Assembly (NCBI GenBank): GCA_016933055.1
Contig: JAFGBS010000002.1
Location: 167,905-199,904 of the forward strand
Direction: 5' to 3'
From: Promethearchaeota archaeon
Lineage (GTDB): Archaea > Asgardarchaeota > Lokiarchaeia > Sigyniarchaeales > Promethearchaeaceae
DNA length: 32,000 bases
Translations under genes and position numbers: made by a program
In this document: positions 10,239 through 19,636 of the stretch, piece after piece
How the letters are laid out: each line of letters begins with the position of its first letter
Numbering within the stretch: the stretch's first letter is position 1
Notes under the pieces: generated by a model
Told to the model about the DNA's origin: nothing
The model's database searches: none
The model's input: only the letters and a program-made list of their open reading frames with translations

Positions 10239-11312
10239 ATGATCAATATGGAAGAAACACAACCTAATATCCAGTACACAATCCATCCTCCCCAACTTGT
10301 TGCTTTTTTAAGAAAAAGTCTTAAAAAACGCGCTGAAGTGCTCATAGAACTTCAAAAATTATCGGATGCCATTCCTAAGGATTATGTTCGCGGGAGTCCA
10401 TTTTGTATTTTCTATTTTGTGACCAATATAGGAGATGGGTTTGATGTAGAAATAGGAATACCTATTATGGAACAATTCCCCTCAGAATTCGTGAAGTTCC
10501 GAATCCTTCCAAAATTAGAAACGTTCTCTATTAGGCATAAGGGAAATTTGGAATCAATTGGTCAAACATATGAAACGGTTTTCACATATGCATATCAATT
10601 CGGTTTTCCTTCCCAAGAGTTTTCTCGAGAAATCTACTTAGATATCGAAGAAGAAGAAAAAGTTGAAATAGAAGTACAGTTCATCATCCATTCTTGGAAT
10701 TCATTGCTTGCAAACCACATGGTTCGAGTTCTGGGTGAAAAAATGCAAGGAAAAATTATGAGAGGGTATCAAAGATTCGAAATTGAAACACCATTGCAGG
10801 AGAAATTTGAGTGGTTAGTAAGAATGTTGGAGAAACTTGAGGAAGTGACAAATGAATCCCAACGGTTTGAAATTCTTTCTGGTTGTGCACATTTCTTTCC
10901 AAAAGAGTTAATTACGGAATTTAAAACAGTATTCGATAATGCACGTAATAGTAGTACCAACTTAATCGATGCAGTGGATAAGACTCTGGAATATATGAAA
11001 ATTAATCCAGGAGGAGGATCAGTTCCGATTCGCAAAGGCACCAGGTTGTACACCACAAAAAATCCACGAGATCCGAAAGCTTTTCAAGATGCAAAAACTC
11101 GTATAGAGCGAATGAAAGCATATTGCTATTGTCCAATTATTCGAAATAATTTGGATCAAAAAATACCTCCTTTTTTTTGTAATTGTGGAGCAGGATGGCC
11201 AAAACAAATATGGGAGGGAATATTTGATCACCCTCTGCGAATTGAGGTGATAAAAAGTCTCACTAAAGGAGATGACGAGTGTGAGTTTTGCATTTATCTC
11301 CCTGATGAATGA
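10239..11312 (+). CDS. GyrI-like small-molecule-binding domain fused to a Cys-rich C-terminal domain (DUF6144/V4R-like, tentative)
   Basis: DVEIGIP, HKGNLESIGQTYE, SREIY (GyrI-like); GCAH, YCYCP, FCNCGAGW, DDECEF in the C-terminal half. Confidence 0.7.
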   Translation: MINMEETQPNIQYTIHPPQLVAFLRKSLKKRAEVLIELQKLSDAIPKDYVRGSPFCIFYFVTNIGDGFDVEIGIPIMEQFPSEFVKFRILPKLETFSIRHKGNLESIGQTYETVFTYAYQFGFPSQEFSREIYLDIEEEEKVEIEVQFIIHSWNSLLANHMVRVLGEKMQGKIMRGYQRFEIETPLQEKFEWLVRMLEKLEEVTNESQRFEILSGCAHFFPKELITEFKTVFDNARNSSTNLIDAVDKTLEYMKINPGGGSVPIRKGTRLYTTKNPRDPKAFQDAKTRIERMKAYCYCPIIRNNLDQKIPPFFCNCGAGWPKQIWEGIFDHPLRIEVIKSLTKGDDECEFCIYLPDE

Positions 11313-11326
11313 GCTTATTACCAATC

Positions 11327-12895
11327 TTATTCCGAATATCGAATATATTCATATATGAAGTCATTATGACGATATCCATGAAGTAAATGGGAATGACTCC
11401 GTCTTCCGATTCGAATAAATCCCGCTTTTTCCAAGATTTTCCATGATGCAGTATTTTCTTCAGTAGCAGTCGCCTCTAAACGATAAAATTGGAATTTTTG
11501 CACTGCTATAGAAACCAATGCTTGAACAATCTCAGCTCCAAATCCTTTTCCAGCATATTTTGAATTTCCGATAAGATAAGATATTTCTGCTGTCTGATTC
11601 CATAAAGTAGTATCATATATTGCCCCATAACCGATAGGAATGTGCGCGGATCGTTCATAGATCATCAATGCAATGCCGGAGATCGCTGAATTAGCGGGGT
11701 GCAACAAAAAATCTTTCACAAGCTGGTCTTTTGAAGTATACCCTTCGGGTTCCACCATATATTGGTTAATATGTGGATTATTGAACCAAGTATACATAAG
11801 GTCTAAATGAGAATAGGTAATTGGGTAGAAGTCCAATCGAGAAGATTGAAAAAATGGAGAATTCGACTCTTTGTTATCCTTTTGATTCAATAGTTCCATA
11901 TTGTACCGCTTTAGAGCTGAATTTAGAATCTTATGGATAAGATCCACGTAGGTCCATCCCATAGTTTTTGCAGACCTTACATATCCACTATCTATATTGA
12001 TACCAGGATTAGGATTTACCTCTAAGACATAGATCTCAGAACCACTTAATCGAAAATCCACTCGTGCGTAATCCCGACAACCTGTTATTTCATAGGCTTT
12101 TTTTGCGATATTGTTTATTTGTTCCGAAATTTTCGGTTCCAGATCTGCAGGGCACTTTCCATTTGTATGGGTAAACTTAAACGAATCCTCAATCCATTTA
12201 CTTTCATAGTCCACTATATGCGGAATAGACGAATCAAAATCAAAAAGAATTTCTGAAGCAGGGAGAGCTACAATATCAGAACCATTACCATAAAGAGCGA
12301 TATTAATTTCTCTTCCATCAATATATTCTTCCACCAACGCAGGTTGTTTATATTGCTCTAAAATACGCAGAATTTGTCGATTTAACTGTGAGGAATTATA
12401 TACCACCGATTCCTCTGTTATACCAATACTTGCGTCTTCATGAAGAGGCTTAACGATTAATGGAAAAGATAATTCATCAACCAAGGATTCTGCTATTGTA
12501 TTAAATACTTGGAATCGAGGTGTTGGAATCCCATTTACCATCAAGAATTGTTTGGTACGGGCTTTATCAAGGCATAATCCAAGTGTGATATGGTCTGATC
12601 CCGTATAAGGAATGTGAAATAAGTCCAGAATCGCCGGAACTAAAGATTCAGCAGCCACATTCCCGCCAATTCCCTCACATAAGTTAAATATAACATCAAA
12701 ACGTGCTTCTGCAATATCAGAAAGAGTATCAGGGCTAATTCTTACTGGAATAACTTCGTGATGTGAGGAAAGTGCCGTATAAATATGATCTACTGTAGAT
12801 ACAATTTCATTATCCGCAATTTTATCTAGCTCAATTCCTCGCTCCAGTGTATCCACAAAATTATATATAAGTCCAATCTTCATCCAATATATCAC
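11327..12895 (-). CDS. D-Ala-D-Ala ligase-like ATP-grasp enzyme fused to a C-terminal RimJ/RimL-type GNAT
   Basis: FNLCEG, IPYTGSD, LIVKPLHEDASIGI, VEEYIDGREI, DYARVDFR, LEVNPNPG; C-terminal AEISYLIG...GKGFG...NTASWKILEKAGF. Confidence 0.85.
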   Translation of the reverse strand: MIYWMKIGLIYNFVDTLERGIELDKIADNEIVSTVDHIYTALSSHHEVIPVRISPDTLSDIAEARFDVIFNLCEGIGGNVAAESLVPAILDLFHIPYTGSDHITLGLCLDKARTKQFLMVNGIPTPRFQVFNTIAESLVDELSFPLIVKPLHEDASIGITEESVVYNSSQLNRQILRILEQYKQPALVEEYIDGREINIALYGNGSDIVALPASEILFDFDSSIPHIVDYESKWIEDSFKFTHTNGKCPADLEPKISEQINNIAKKAYEITGCRDYARVDFRLSGSEIYVLEVNPNPGINIDSGYVRSAKTMGWTYVDLIHKILNSALKRYNMELLNQKDNKESNSPFFQSSRLDFYPITYSHLDLMYTWFNNPHINQYMVEPEGYTSKDQLVKDFLLHPANSAISGIALMIYERSAHIPIGYGAIYDTTLWNQTAEISYLIGNSKYAGKGFGAEIVQALVSIAVQKFQFYRLEATATEENTASWKILEKAGFIRIGRRSHSHLLHGYRHNDFIYEYIRYSE

Positions 12896-12927
12896 CTGTA
12901 TTTACCCAGAAATTTTAGAGAATCATC

Positions 12928-14061
12928 TTATTGCACCAGATTATAGCGTTTCAAGGCAGAATATAAGATCATTTTGATCATCTGTGAATACGACAATCCA
13001 GCAACTTCACAGGCGTATGGAAAACGGGAATGGAACTCAGGATTAGGGTTTAATCCGGGCAAAGCATTGATTTCTAGTACATTTGGCACTCCTCGCTTAC
13101 TAAGGCGGATATCCATTCGACACAAGTCTACACAATCCAATGCTTTATATGTCTTCAAAGCAATTCGCTCGATTTCTTGTCGTAATTTTTCAGAAATGTT
13201 TGCAGGACAGGTTAATGGTGTGGCTCCTTGACCAGGGACATCATAGGTCCATTTAGATTCATAGGAATCGATTTTCGCATATCCAGGTGGAAGATGGTTA
13301 AAATTTACCTCAATAATCGGAAGAACTAGGGGAGGATCATTCCCCAAGATGCCTACGGTAAATTCCTTTCCCGGAAGAAATTCTTCCACTAGAACAGGAG
13401 CCCCAAATTCTTGGAATACCCAGTGTGTTTGTGCTCGTAATTCATCCAGAGAATGCACAACAGATCTATTGGTGATGCCAGCACTGGAACCTTGCGCGTC
13501 TGGTTTGATAATAAGTGGAAATTTCATCAAGGGTCCTAATAAGTCACTTGGGGCTCGAAACACTTGATATCGGGGAGTAGGAATATGATAAAATCCTAAA
13601 ATCTCCTTAGTTCGACTTTTACTCAACGTAAGCGCTTGGGTTAATACACCCGATCCCGTATAGGGAATGCCCAGCATCTCTAATATAGCTGGTATGTGGG
13701 ATTCTCGAGACTCCCCACGAATACCTTCTGCAATATTAAAAACAAAATCCACGGAACGTGTTTTTAATGCCTCAATAAAATCGCAATTTACCGGTAGTAA
13801 TTCCACTTCGAATCCCCACGAATTTAATGCACTTTGAATGGCTTCAATGGTTTCCGCCTCATCATATTCCAATGCGACACTATTACTTAATGGAGTAGAT
13901 ACATCAGGACGGGCATTATATGCAAATCCGATGCAGTTGATGCCAAGTGGCTTCTGAAAAACAGACTCGGTTTTACTTGTAAAAATTGAGGTAGAATGCG
14001 GTACGTGCACAGTTTTGGAATAGGTTGTGCGCGATGGGGATTGTAATGCATCAAAAGACAT
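12928..14061 (-). CDS. D-Ala-D-Ala ligase-like ATP-grasp enzyme
   Basis: EYDEAETIEAI, FNIAEG, IPYTGSG, IIKPDAQGSSAGI, VEEFLPGKEF, CRMDIR, LEINALPGL. Confidence 0.85.
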   Translation of the reverse strand: MSFDALQSPSRTTYSKTVHVPHSTSIFTSKTESVFQKPLGINCIGFAYNARPDVSTPLSNSVALEYDEAETIEAIQSALNSWGFEVELLPVNCDFIEALKTRSVDFVFNIAEGIRGESRESHIPAILEMLGIPYTGSGVLTQALTLSKSRTKEILGFYHIPTPRYQVFRAPSDLLGPLMKFPLIIKPDAQGSSAGITNRSVVHSLDELRAQTHWVFQEFGAPVLVEEFLPGKEFTVGILGNDPPLVLPIIEVNFNHLPPGYAKIDSYESKWTYDVPGQGATPLTCPANISEKLRQEIERIALKTYKALDCVDLCRMDIRLSKRGVPNVLEINALPGLNPNPEFHSRFPYACEVAGLSYSQMIKMILYSALKRYNLVQ

Positions 14062-14067
14062 CGTGTC

Positions 14068-14130
14068 TTAACAATCCCTCTTCAGGTAATACGGTACCTG
14101 ACTTTGTATATGGTTATTAGGAGGTTTCAT
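14068..14130 (-). CDS. Possible 20-aa leader ORF MKPPNNHIQSQVPYYLKRDC
   Basis: ATG 14130-14128, TAA 14070-14068, ending 6 nt before the Ddl-like ATG; may be chance. Confidence 0.2.
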   Translation of the reverse strand: MKPPNNHIQSQVPYYLKRDC

Positions 14131-14535
14131 CCTATTATAGTCCTCTAGAGTACAAGGGGAGACTTTGCTTAAATACGTTTCTCATCCCCTTACTGTGCCA
14201 AAACCTAAAGTGGGTTAATTTCCCCAAAGGGAATAAAGAGTGCATTTTGTTTCTAAACAGAACTAAAATCCCAAATATGTTTTCTATGAGTGACTACTGA
14301 AAATATGAGAATCAATCTATCACTAAATCGTAGGTATTGCATTTAATTTCCATATGGATTGGATAAAAGAATTGATTATTTTTTTCTCTTGTATGTAGAG
14401 CTTGTATAGAGGCATTTCTTATAGATTTTTGTTCAACTCTGTATTTGGGAGATAATTAGTGAAGATTTTAGAAGACTAAAATATTTCTCTCTAATAACCA
14501 TTGGATTCATTTATTGTATTGGGATATGGAAAAGA

Positions 14536-14610
14536 GGGTTATAACCCAAAAATCAAAGTGTTTATATAAGAATGATCATTAGGGATATTGGGTTATAATT
14601 CAAAAATCAA
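14536..14610 (+). promoter_or_regulatory. Two imperfect 21-bp direct repeats flanking a TATA box (putative operators)
   Basis: GGGTTATAACCCAAAAATCAA (14536-14556; first 12 bp a perfect palindrome) and GGGTTATAATTCAAAAATCAA (14590-14610), with TTTATATA at 14561-14568. Confidence 0.55.
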
Positions 14611-14622
14611 GAAAGTGATAAC

Positions 14623-14970
14623 ATGTATAGAAATCGAACTTATTGGTATGGTCCCGGATATGGGAGAGGAAGAGGTTTTGGTCTAGGTTTAGGGTTTGGT
14701 CGGGGAGCGGGAAGAGGTAGACGTTTCTACAGCCCAAATTGTGACTTTTACCCCGATAGACCTCGAGGATGGTGGGCAATGCCCCAATATCAAAATATGT
14801 CTCTTGGAAATCCCGTATATGGTACTCCCCCTCAAGATGCCGTTTGGGACAATGTGACTGGCGAACCTAAAAACATTGAAGCCATTGACTATGAAATTTT
14901 ATTAATTGAAAAGCAAATGGAAGAAATGAAAAAGGAAATCGAACAATTAAAATCTCTAAAAAAAAAATAA
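14623..14970 (+). CDS. DUF5320-like Gly/Arg-rich protein with C-terminal coiled coil
   Basis: GPGYGRGRGFGLGLGFGRGAGRGRRF and LIEKQMEEMKKEIEQLK. Confidence 0.7.
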   Translation: MYRNRTYWYGPGYGRGRGFGLGLGFGRGAGRGRRFYSPNCDFYPDRPRGWWAMPQYQNMSLGNPVYGTPPQDAVWDNVTGEPKNIEAIDYEILLIEKQMEEMKKEIEQLKSLKKK

Positions 14971-14983
14971 ATAAATTATGATA

Positions 14984-15018
14984 ATGGAGTGATGAACACT
15001 CCATTTTTCAGTTTTTTT
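14984..15018 (+). terminator. Hairpin plus T-tract
   Basis: ATGGAGTG-ATGAA-CACTCCAT followed by TTTTCAGTTTTTTT. Confidence 0.55.
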
Positions 15019-15040
15019 CCCCATTTAGCATGGTGATAAC

Positions 15041-15454
15041 ATGTTTGAGAATGATAAATATCCCATAGATTACGATAGATTTACGAATTTTTTTACATCA
15101 AGCAATCGTGGAGGAGGGGGTCGAGGATATGGAGGGAATCAAGGAGGTGGAGGGGGGCGGAGAAGAAGAGGTCGGCCTGTCGTATCATATCCTGTCAATA
15201 TATCGCGATCCATTGACACACATCAAGGTTTTTTGGAACTCACTACTTTTGAGATGAAACTTTTAGAACTCGCTGATATGGAACAAGCAGATGGAAGTAC
15301 ATTATCCCAAGAGGAAATTGCACAGCGGTTAGAAGTATCTCAAACAACTGTTTGGCGCTATTTGAAAGCTCTCCGGAAAAAAATTACTCAAGCAATCATC
15401 AATCACAACGAGATTCATGTGAGAATCATCGATAAAGAAAAAAACACCTATTAG
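15041..15454 (+). CDS. DUF134 (UPF0251) HTH protein with N-terminal RGG-like extension
   Basis: RRRGRP...ELTTFEMKLLELADME...LSQEEIAQRLEVSQTTVWRYLKALRKKITQAII. Confidence 0.75.
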   Translation: MFENDKYPIDYDRFTNFFTSSNRGGGGRGYGGNQGGGGGRRRRGRPVVSYPVNISRSIDTHQGFLELTTFEMKLLELADMEQADGSTLSQEEIAQRLEVSQTTVWRYLKALRKKITQAIINHNEIHVRIIDKEKNTY

Positions 15455-15727
15455 CAGTATCTATTGTTTTTTGTGGTGATGGTATACAATTTTTTCTACA
15501 CCAAATGAGGGAAGTATGGGTGGATATAACTAGAAGCTCTTCGTATTCGTACTCGATCTATTCATTCTCATACTGGACTTTTCTCTAATTATTGAACTCA
15601 TAAAGGGCATTTATATATGAAATTTGCTATTAGTAATTTGAGGAACGTTAGGGATAGGAAATTTCATTAGCTAGACTTAGAAATTTTTTTCTGAATAGAT
15701 GGAAATCTCTCATGAGGTGAATAATAC

Positions 15728-15904
15728 ATGGTAGATTGGGCAGAAATTGCTCTACTTTGGTGGATACTTGGCAGAAAGAAAAAACCAAGATGTGAGCACT
15801 GCATCTGGTATGAAAATCGTATTCTTGGACGCAATCAATGGTGCCATTATCATAAATGCCGAAAATACCCATGGGAATTGTGCAAACACTACCAACCTAG
15901 TTAA
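15728..15904 (+). CDS. 58-aa membrane-anchored Cys/His-rich (Zn-finger-like) protein, absent from the ORF track
   Basis: GAGGTGA SD at 15714-15720; MVDWAEIALLWWILGRKKKPRCEHCIWYENRILGRNQWCHYHKCRKYPWELCKHYQPS*. Confidence 0.7.
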   Translation: MVDWAEIALLWWILGRKKKPRCEHCIWYENRILGRNQWCHYHKCRKYPWELCKHYQPS

Positions 15905-16059
15905 GTTTTTTTTTATTCTTAATTCATTAGGTCTCAGATATTCCTAAGTAAATATTACGGCAAAATGGCTACTGATGCCTATAGAAATCGATGTAAAGGT
16001 TTCGAATAGCTTTATTATTATGCAAAATTCCTTTTTTGATCCGATATTTACTATAACCA

Positions 16060-16764
16060 ATGTCGTTTTGGCAAGTATTTACGATTACTTTTCTTATTGG
16101 ATTGGGAGGTGCTATGTCCCCCGGACCCTTACTAACCTATACGATAATAAAATCTCTGGAGGCAAAAAAGAAGGCATTTTTAGTAGGACTTTTTATTAGT
16201 ACCGGTCATACTTTAATTGAACTCTTATTAATTACGGTTCTTATGTTTGGATTAGGAGTAGTATTATCTTATCCGGTTGTATTGATTCTAATTGGAGTGG
16301 CGGGGGGCGCCATCTTGATGTTTTTCAGCTACCAAATCCTAAAGGATATTCGAAAAGGTACCTTAGACATGTCATTTTTGGAAACCGCTGAAGACTCCGC
16401 CGATGAGACCACTAAATCAATATCCAAGAATTCTAGAGGAAAATTATATGAAATTCATCCGATTATAGGAAGTATCCTGTTTCTCATGTCAAATCCCTAT
16501 TGGTGGCTTTGGTGGGGAACTGCAGGGTTATCAATAATCGTAGAAAATTCAGTCAACTTTCAAAACATTTCTGCATTTATCGGACTGGTTGTCGGAAAAG
16601 AATTGGGTGTATTTCTCTGGTATACATTTATAGCGACAGCAGTAGGATTCTCCCGAAAATTTATGAGTAAGAAGTTATATGTCGGCATTTTACTCGGTTG
16701 TGCCTTGTTTATGCTGGGATATGGAATGTATCTACTTATTTCTCCGATTATTTCTTTTCTCTAA
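16060..16764 (+). CDS. LysE/RhtB family translocator
   Basis: GAMSPGPLL, GHTLIELL, SNPYWWLWW motifs; about 6 TM helices. Confidence 0.88.
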   Translation: MSFWQVFTITFLIGLGGAMSPGPLLTYTIIKSLEAKKKAFLVGLFISTGHTLIELLLITVLMFGLGVVLSYPVVLILIGVAGGAILMFFSYQILKDIRKGTLDMSFLETAEDSADETTKSISKNSRGKLYEIHPIIGSILFLMSNPYWWLWWGTAGLSIIVENSVNFQNISAFIGLVVGKELGVFLWYTFIATAVGFSRKFMSKKLYVGILLGCALFMLGYGMYLLISPIISFL

Positions 16765-17071
16765 ATTAAATTATTTCCATTCTAGAAATGATTTTCGCAC
16801 ATCTCATAAAATCAAGTAGTTAACAGGTATAGTTAGAATGTTAAAAATGGAAATTTGATTGTTGAAAGTGTTTAACAGCGTCAGAAATAAGACTACGAAA
16901 AATGAGAAAAGATATTGTCAAGTAATGAGAGAGTGACTAATCAAGACCTATCCCTACTTTTTACAGCAGTTAGGCTGTTCTCTTTTATATTTTTGTTGAC
17001 ATAAACATATACTGCTTAAATATTGCATGATAGGGGGGAAAGTCGTGGATAAGTCCTGTGGATTCACTTAG

Positions 17072-17155
17072 AATTACCCCTTAGGGGTAATTGTAGGGGT
17101 GGGCACTCCTAAGGCTAAAAGACCCTACCTCAATTATTCTATGAGTAGGCTTTTT
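17072..17155. repeat. Cluster of three adjacent inverted repeats in a long intergenic region
   Basis: AATTACCCCT-T-AGGGGTAATT (17072-17092, perfect 10-bp arms); TAGGGGTG-GG-CACTCCTA; CCTAC(C)TCA...TGAGTAGG followed by TTTTT. Confidence 0.5.
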
Positions 17156-17334
17156 GCGTAATTCGTGGAATATGGGATAGGGGGTACAAAATTCATTAAT
17201 AATCTTTTAATTGTTTTACATCAAGAAAGGTGCAACTACGGAATTAAGTCAGAAGTCTTAGAACTTGCTTTCTCAGTGGAAAATCAATACAATTGATAAA
17301 AATCCTTATTACTTTATTTTATGATAGAATTAGT

Positions 17335-18177
17335 ATGCGAATACCAGATTTAGAAGGTAAAGTAGCTATTATCACAGGGGCTGCGGGTGGAATTGGAAGG
17401 GAAATTGCCTGTTTATTTGATAAAGTGGGAATTAATTTAGTTTTGACAGACATCAAGGTCAATAGTTTACATGAGATGTCGGAAACTTTTACCAATAAAC
17501 CCCTAATCATCCCTTGTGACATCACTAAAAGAGATCAAGTACAACATCTCATTTCTCATACCTTGTCCCATTACCATATTATAGATATACTTATCAACAC
17601 AGTTGGAGTAATATTTCCAGCGCTTTTTGAGGATGCAGAATATGAGGATATTGAAAAACAGATTCGAATCAATTTGTTGGGAACAATTAATTGCACGAAA
17701 GAAATTATACCAGTAATGAAAAAAGCAAGTAAGGGTAATATCGTAACCATATCCTCACTAGCTGGAATTGTACCTGAAACTTATAGCTCGATATATACTG
17801 CCACAAAGTTCGCATTAAGAGGATTGAATTTAACTCTAAACCTTGAACTAAATAAATTCAATATTGATCTTTCTACTATATTCCCCGATTCGGTGGATAC
17901 TCCTATGTTACACTATGAAGCAGAACACGGGGGATCTCCACTTACATTTCTTAACGTTCCCATTAAGCCCGAGAAAGTGGCAAAAACCGTTCTGAGAGCG
18001 ATTCTTCGGCACAAGCCTGAAATAAGTATTCCTTCCATAACTGGGCTGGTATCAAAATTCATAATGTGTTTTCCTAAAGGGGTGATAAAAATATGGCCGA
18101 AATTAGAGAAAAAAGGAGAAAGAAAAAAACAAAAATTCCTCAATCAAATGCAATCCCCTCAAAGTGGCACACAGTGA
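17335..18177 (+). CDS. Short-chain dehydrogenase/reductase (SDR)
   Basis: TGAAGGIG, DILINTVG, SSLAG, YTATK. Start placed at ATG 17335; the track gives TTG 17293. Confidence 0.9.
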   Translation: MRIPDLEGKVAIITGAAGGIGREIACLFDKVGINLVLTDIKVNSLHEMSETFTNKPLIIPCDITKRDQVQHLISHTLSHYHIIDILINTVGVIFPALFEDAEYEDIEKQIRINLLGTINCTKEIIPVMKKASKGNIVTISSLAGIVPETYSSIYTATKFALRGLNLTLNLELNKFNIDLSTIFPDSVDTPMLHYEAEHGGSPLTFLNVPIKPEKVAKTVLRAILRHKPEISIPSITGLVSKFIMCFPKGVIKIWPKLEKKGERKKQKFLNQMQSPQSGTQ

Positions 18178-18188
18178 GCCCGATCATA

Positions 18189-19340
18189 TTACTTGGGTAT
18201 AAACGGAAAAGAAATCATACTTTGCATGCGAGAGGATTCATACGCAGCCATTACCGCTTCTAAAGCTGCTCTTCCATCATAAATAGTGGGAATCCATTCT
18301 TTCGGAAAGCCTACATCCTCATTCGATCGGTCTAACACATGATTTATAAAACTTCTCACCTGGCGTGCATAGGAAAGATTCCATGGATCTTTCGAACCTC
18401 TTATCATCATCCGAGTGGGGCGATCCGTGATTATGTTCGGGTATAAATACTTGTATACTTTCATAGGTTTTAGTTTAGGTTCAAAGGGAACATCAAATAA
18501 TAGTTTTCCTTTCAAACCGTGTATTCTTCCTTGTTCCTTTCCTGCATGTCTACCCACAAAGTTGTAAGAACGCTCAAATATTGCAGTTGTTCGACTCTCT
18601 TTAAAAGAAAACAATGCGGCCGTGTGATCCTCATATTGATTCGCTGCTTGGAATTTCCGTACTTGAGCAGATACGTTTTTTAATTCTCCAAACCACCAAC
18701 GCAATAAATCTATATAATGGGGACCGTGATCCAAGAAGTCCCCCCCTCCCGAACGTGGATCGGTCAGACGCCATGCTCCCAGTTCCTTCAAGATATCTAT
18801 CCCTAATTTCTTAAAGAATGTTAAACCCTTCTTAATCCATTTTGCATCCAGATCAGGTATGTAATGATACCAATACAGAGAAACATGCACGATCTCACCG
18901 AGTGTTCCCTTCTCAAGGATTTCTTTAATTTTCTGAAATCCTGGATCAAATCGTTTTTGCGTAGCAGTTTGAAAAATAACACCGTTTCGTTCCACTGCCC
19001 GAATCATCTCATCAACGTTTTTCAATGATACAGCCAATGGTTTCTCACAGAGAATGTGTTTCCCATTATTTGCGGCCCTTATCACTTGATCCTTATGAGC
19101 CCAATTGGGAGAACAAATACTTATTGCATCAATCTGGGGATCATCTATAAGTTCATTCGGATCTTGATATTGTTTAACGGGATGATAGAGATTGCTTACT
19201 TTTTTCAGATGATTCGAGTCGGGATCGGCTATTGCATACACTTCTGCTAGAGGAGATTTCGAATACCATGGCAAATGACCGTTTTTTGCCACAATACCAC
19301 AACCGATAACTCCTACTTTAAGTCGGGAATTAGTACTCAT
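18189..19340 (-). CDS. Gfo/Idh/MocA family oxidoreductase
   Basis: KVGVIGCG, GKHILCEKP, GGGDFLDHGPH. Start placed at the second Met (19340). Confidence 0.9.
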   Translation of the reverse strand: MSTNSRLKVGVIGCGIVAKNGHLPWYSKSPLAEVYAIADPDSNHLKKVSNLYHPVKQYQDPNELIDDPQIDAISICSPNWAHKDQVIRAANNGKHILCEKPLAVSLKNVDEMIRAVERNGVIFQTATQKRFDPGFQKIKEILEKGTLGEIVHVSLYWYHYIPDLDAKWIKKGLTFFKKLGIDILKELGAWRLTDPRSGGGDFLDHGPHYIDLLRWWFGELKNVSAQVRKFQAANQYEDHTAALFSFKESRTTAIFERSYNFVGRHAGKEQGRIHGLKGKLLFDVPFEPKLKPMKVYKYLYPNIITDRPTRMMIRGSKDPWNLSYARQVRSFINHVLDRSNEDVGFPKEWIPTIYDGRAALEAVMAAYESSRMQSMISFPFIPK

Positions 19341-19636
19341 ATACAAATATTTTTCGAGGAAAGCAGAAAAAAAGCTTTTCATGTATTTTAGTAAAAATCT
19401 GCACCAAATGGTCGTATGAAGTAATTCTCAAGAATTTTCTCAATTATATTTTTCTAGATCAAATACCACAAGCGTAATATTCACACCTTTACTGTGAATT
19501 ATTGTTAGATTACAGAGACTAGCTGATGCGGAGAAAACCCAATTTTTTTCTTTTTTGTTATGGTTTCATGATTAGGTATTGCGAATTCATGTATATAGTG
19601 AATTTATTAACTTATACCATATAGTAAAGGATTGAA

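Noticed and set aside
11327-14130. Microviridin/graspetide-type RiPP cluster (two ATP-grasp enzymes plus GNAT)
   Set aside because: The enzymes have Ddl-type rather than RimK-type motifs, and the only nearby peptide lacks a graspetide leader or core pattern.
15648-15947. ORFs 15648-15872 (-) and 15747-15947 (+)
   Set aside because: Both overlap the better-supported 58-aa gene at 15728-15904 and have no recognisable features.
17044-17290. Replication origin (DnaA-box-like GTGGATAA, ORB-like CAGTGGAAA)
   Set aside because: Only isolated partial matches, no repeated full ORB elements, and no cdc6/orc1 or dnaA adjacent.
19383-19636. THF or ZTP riboswitch upstream of fhs
   Set aside because: AT-rich with no recognisable conserved riboswitch sequence or stems.
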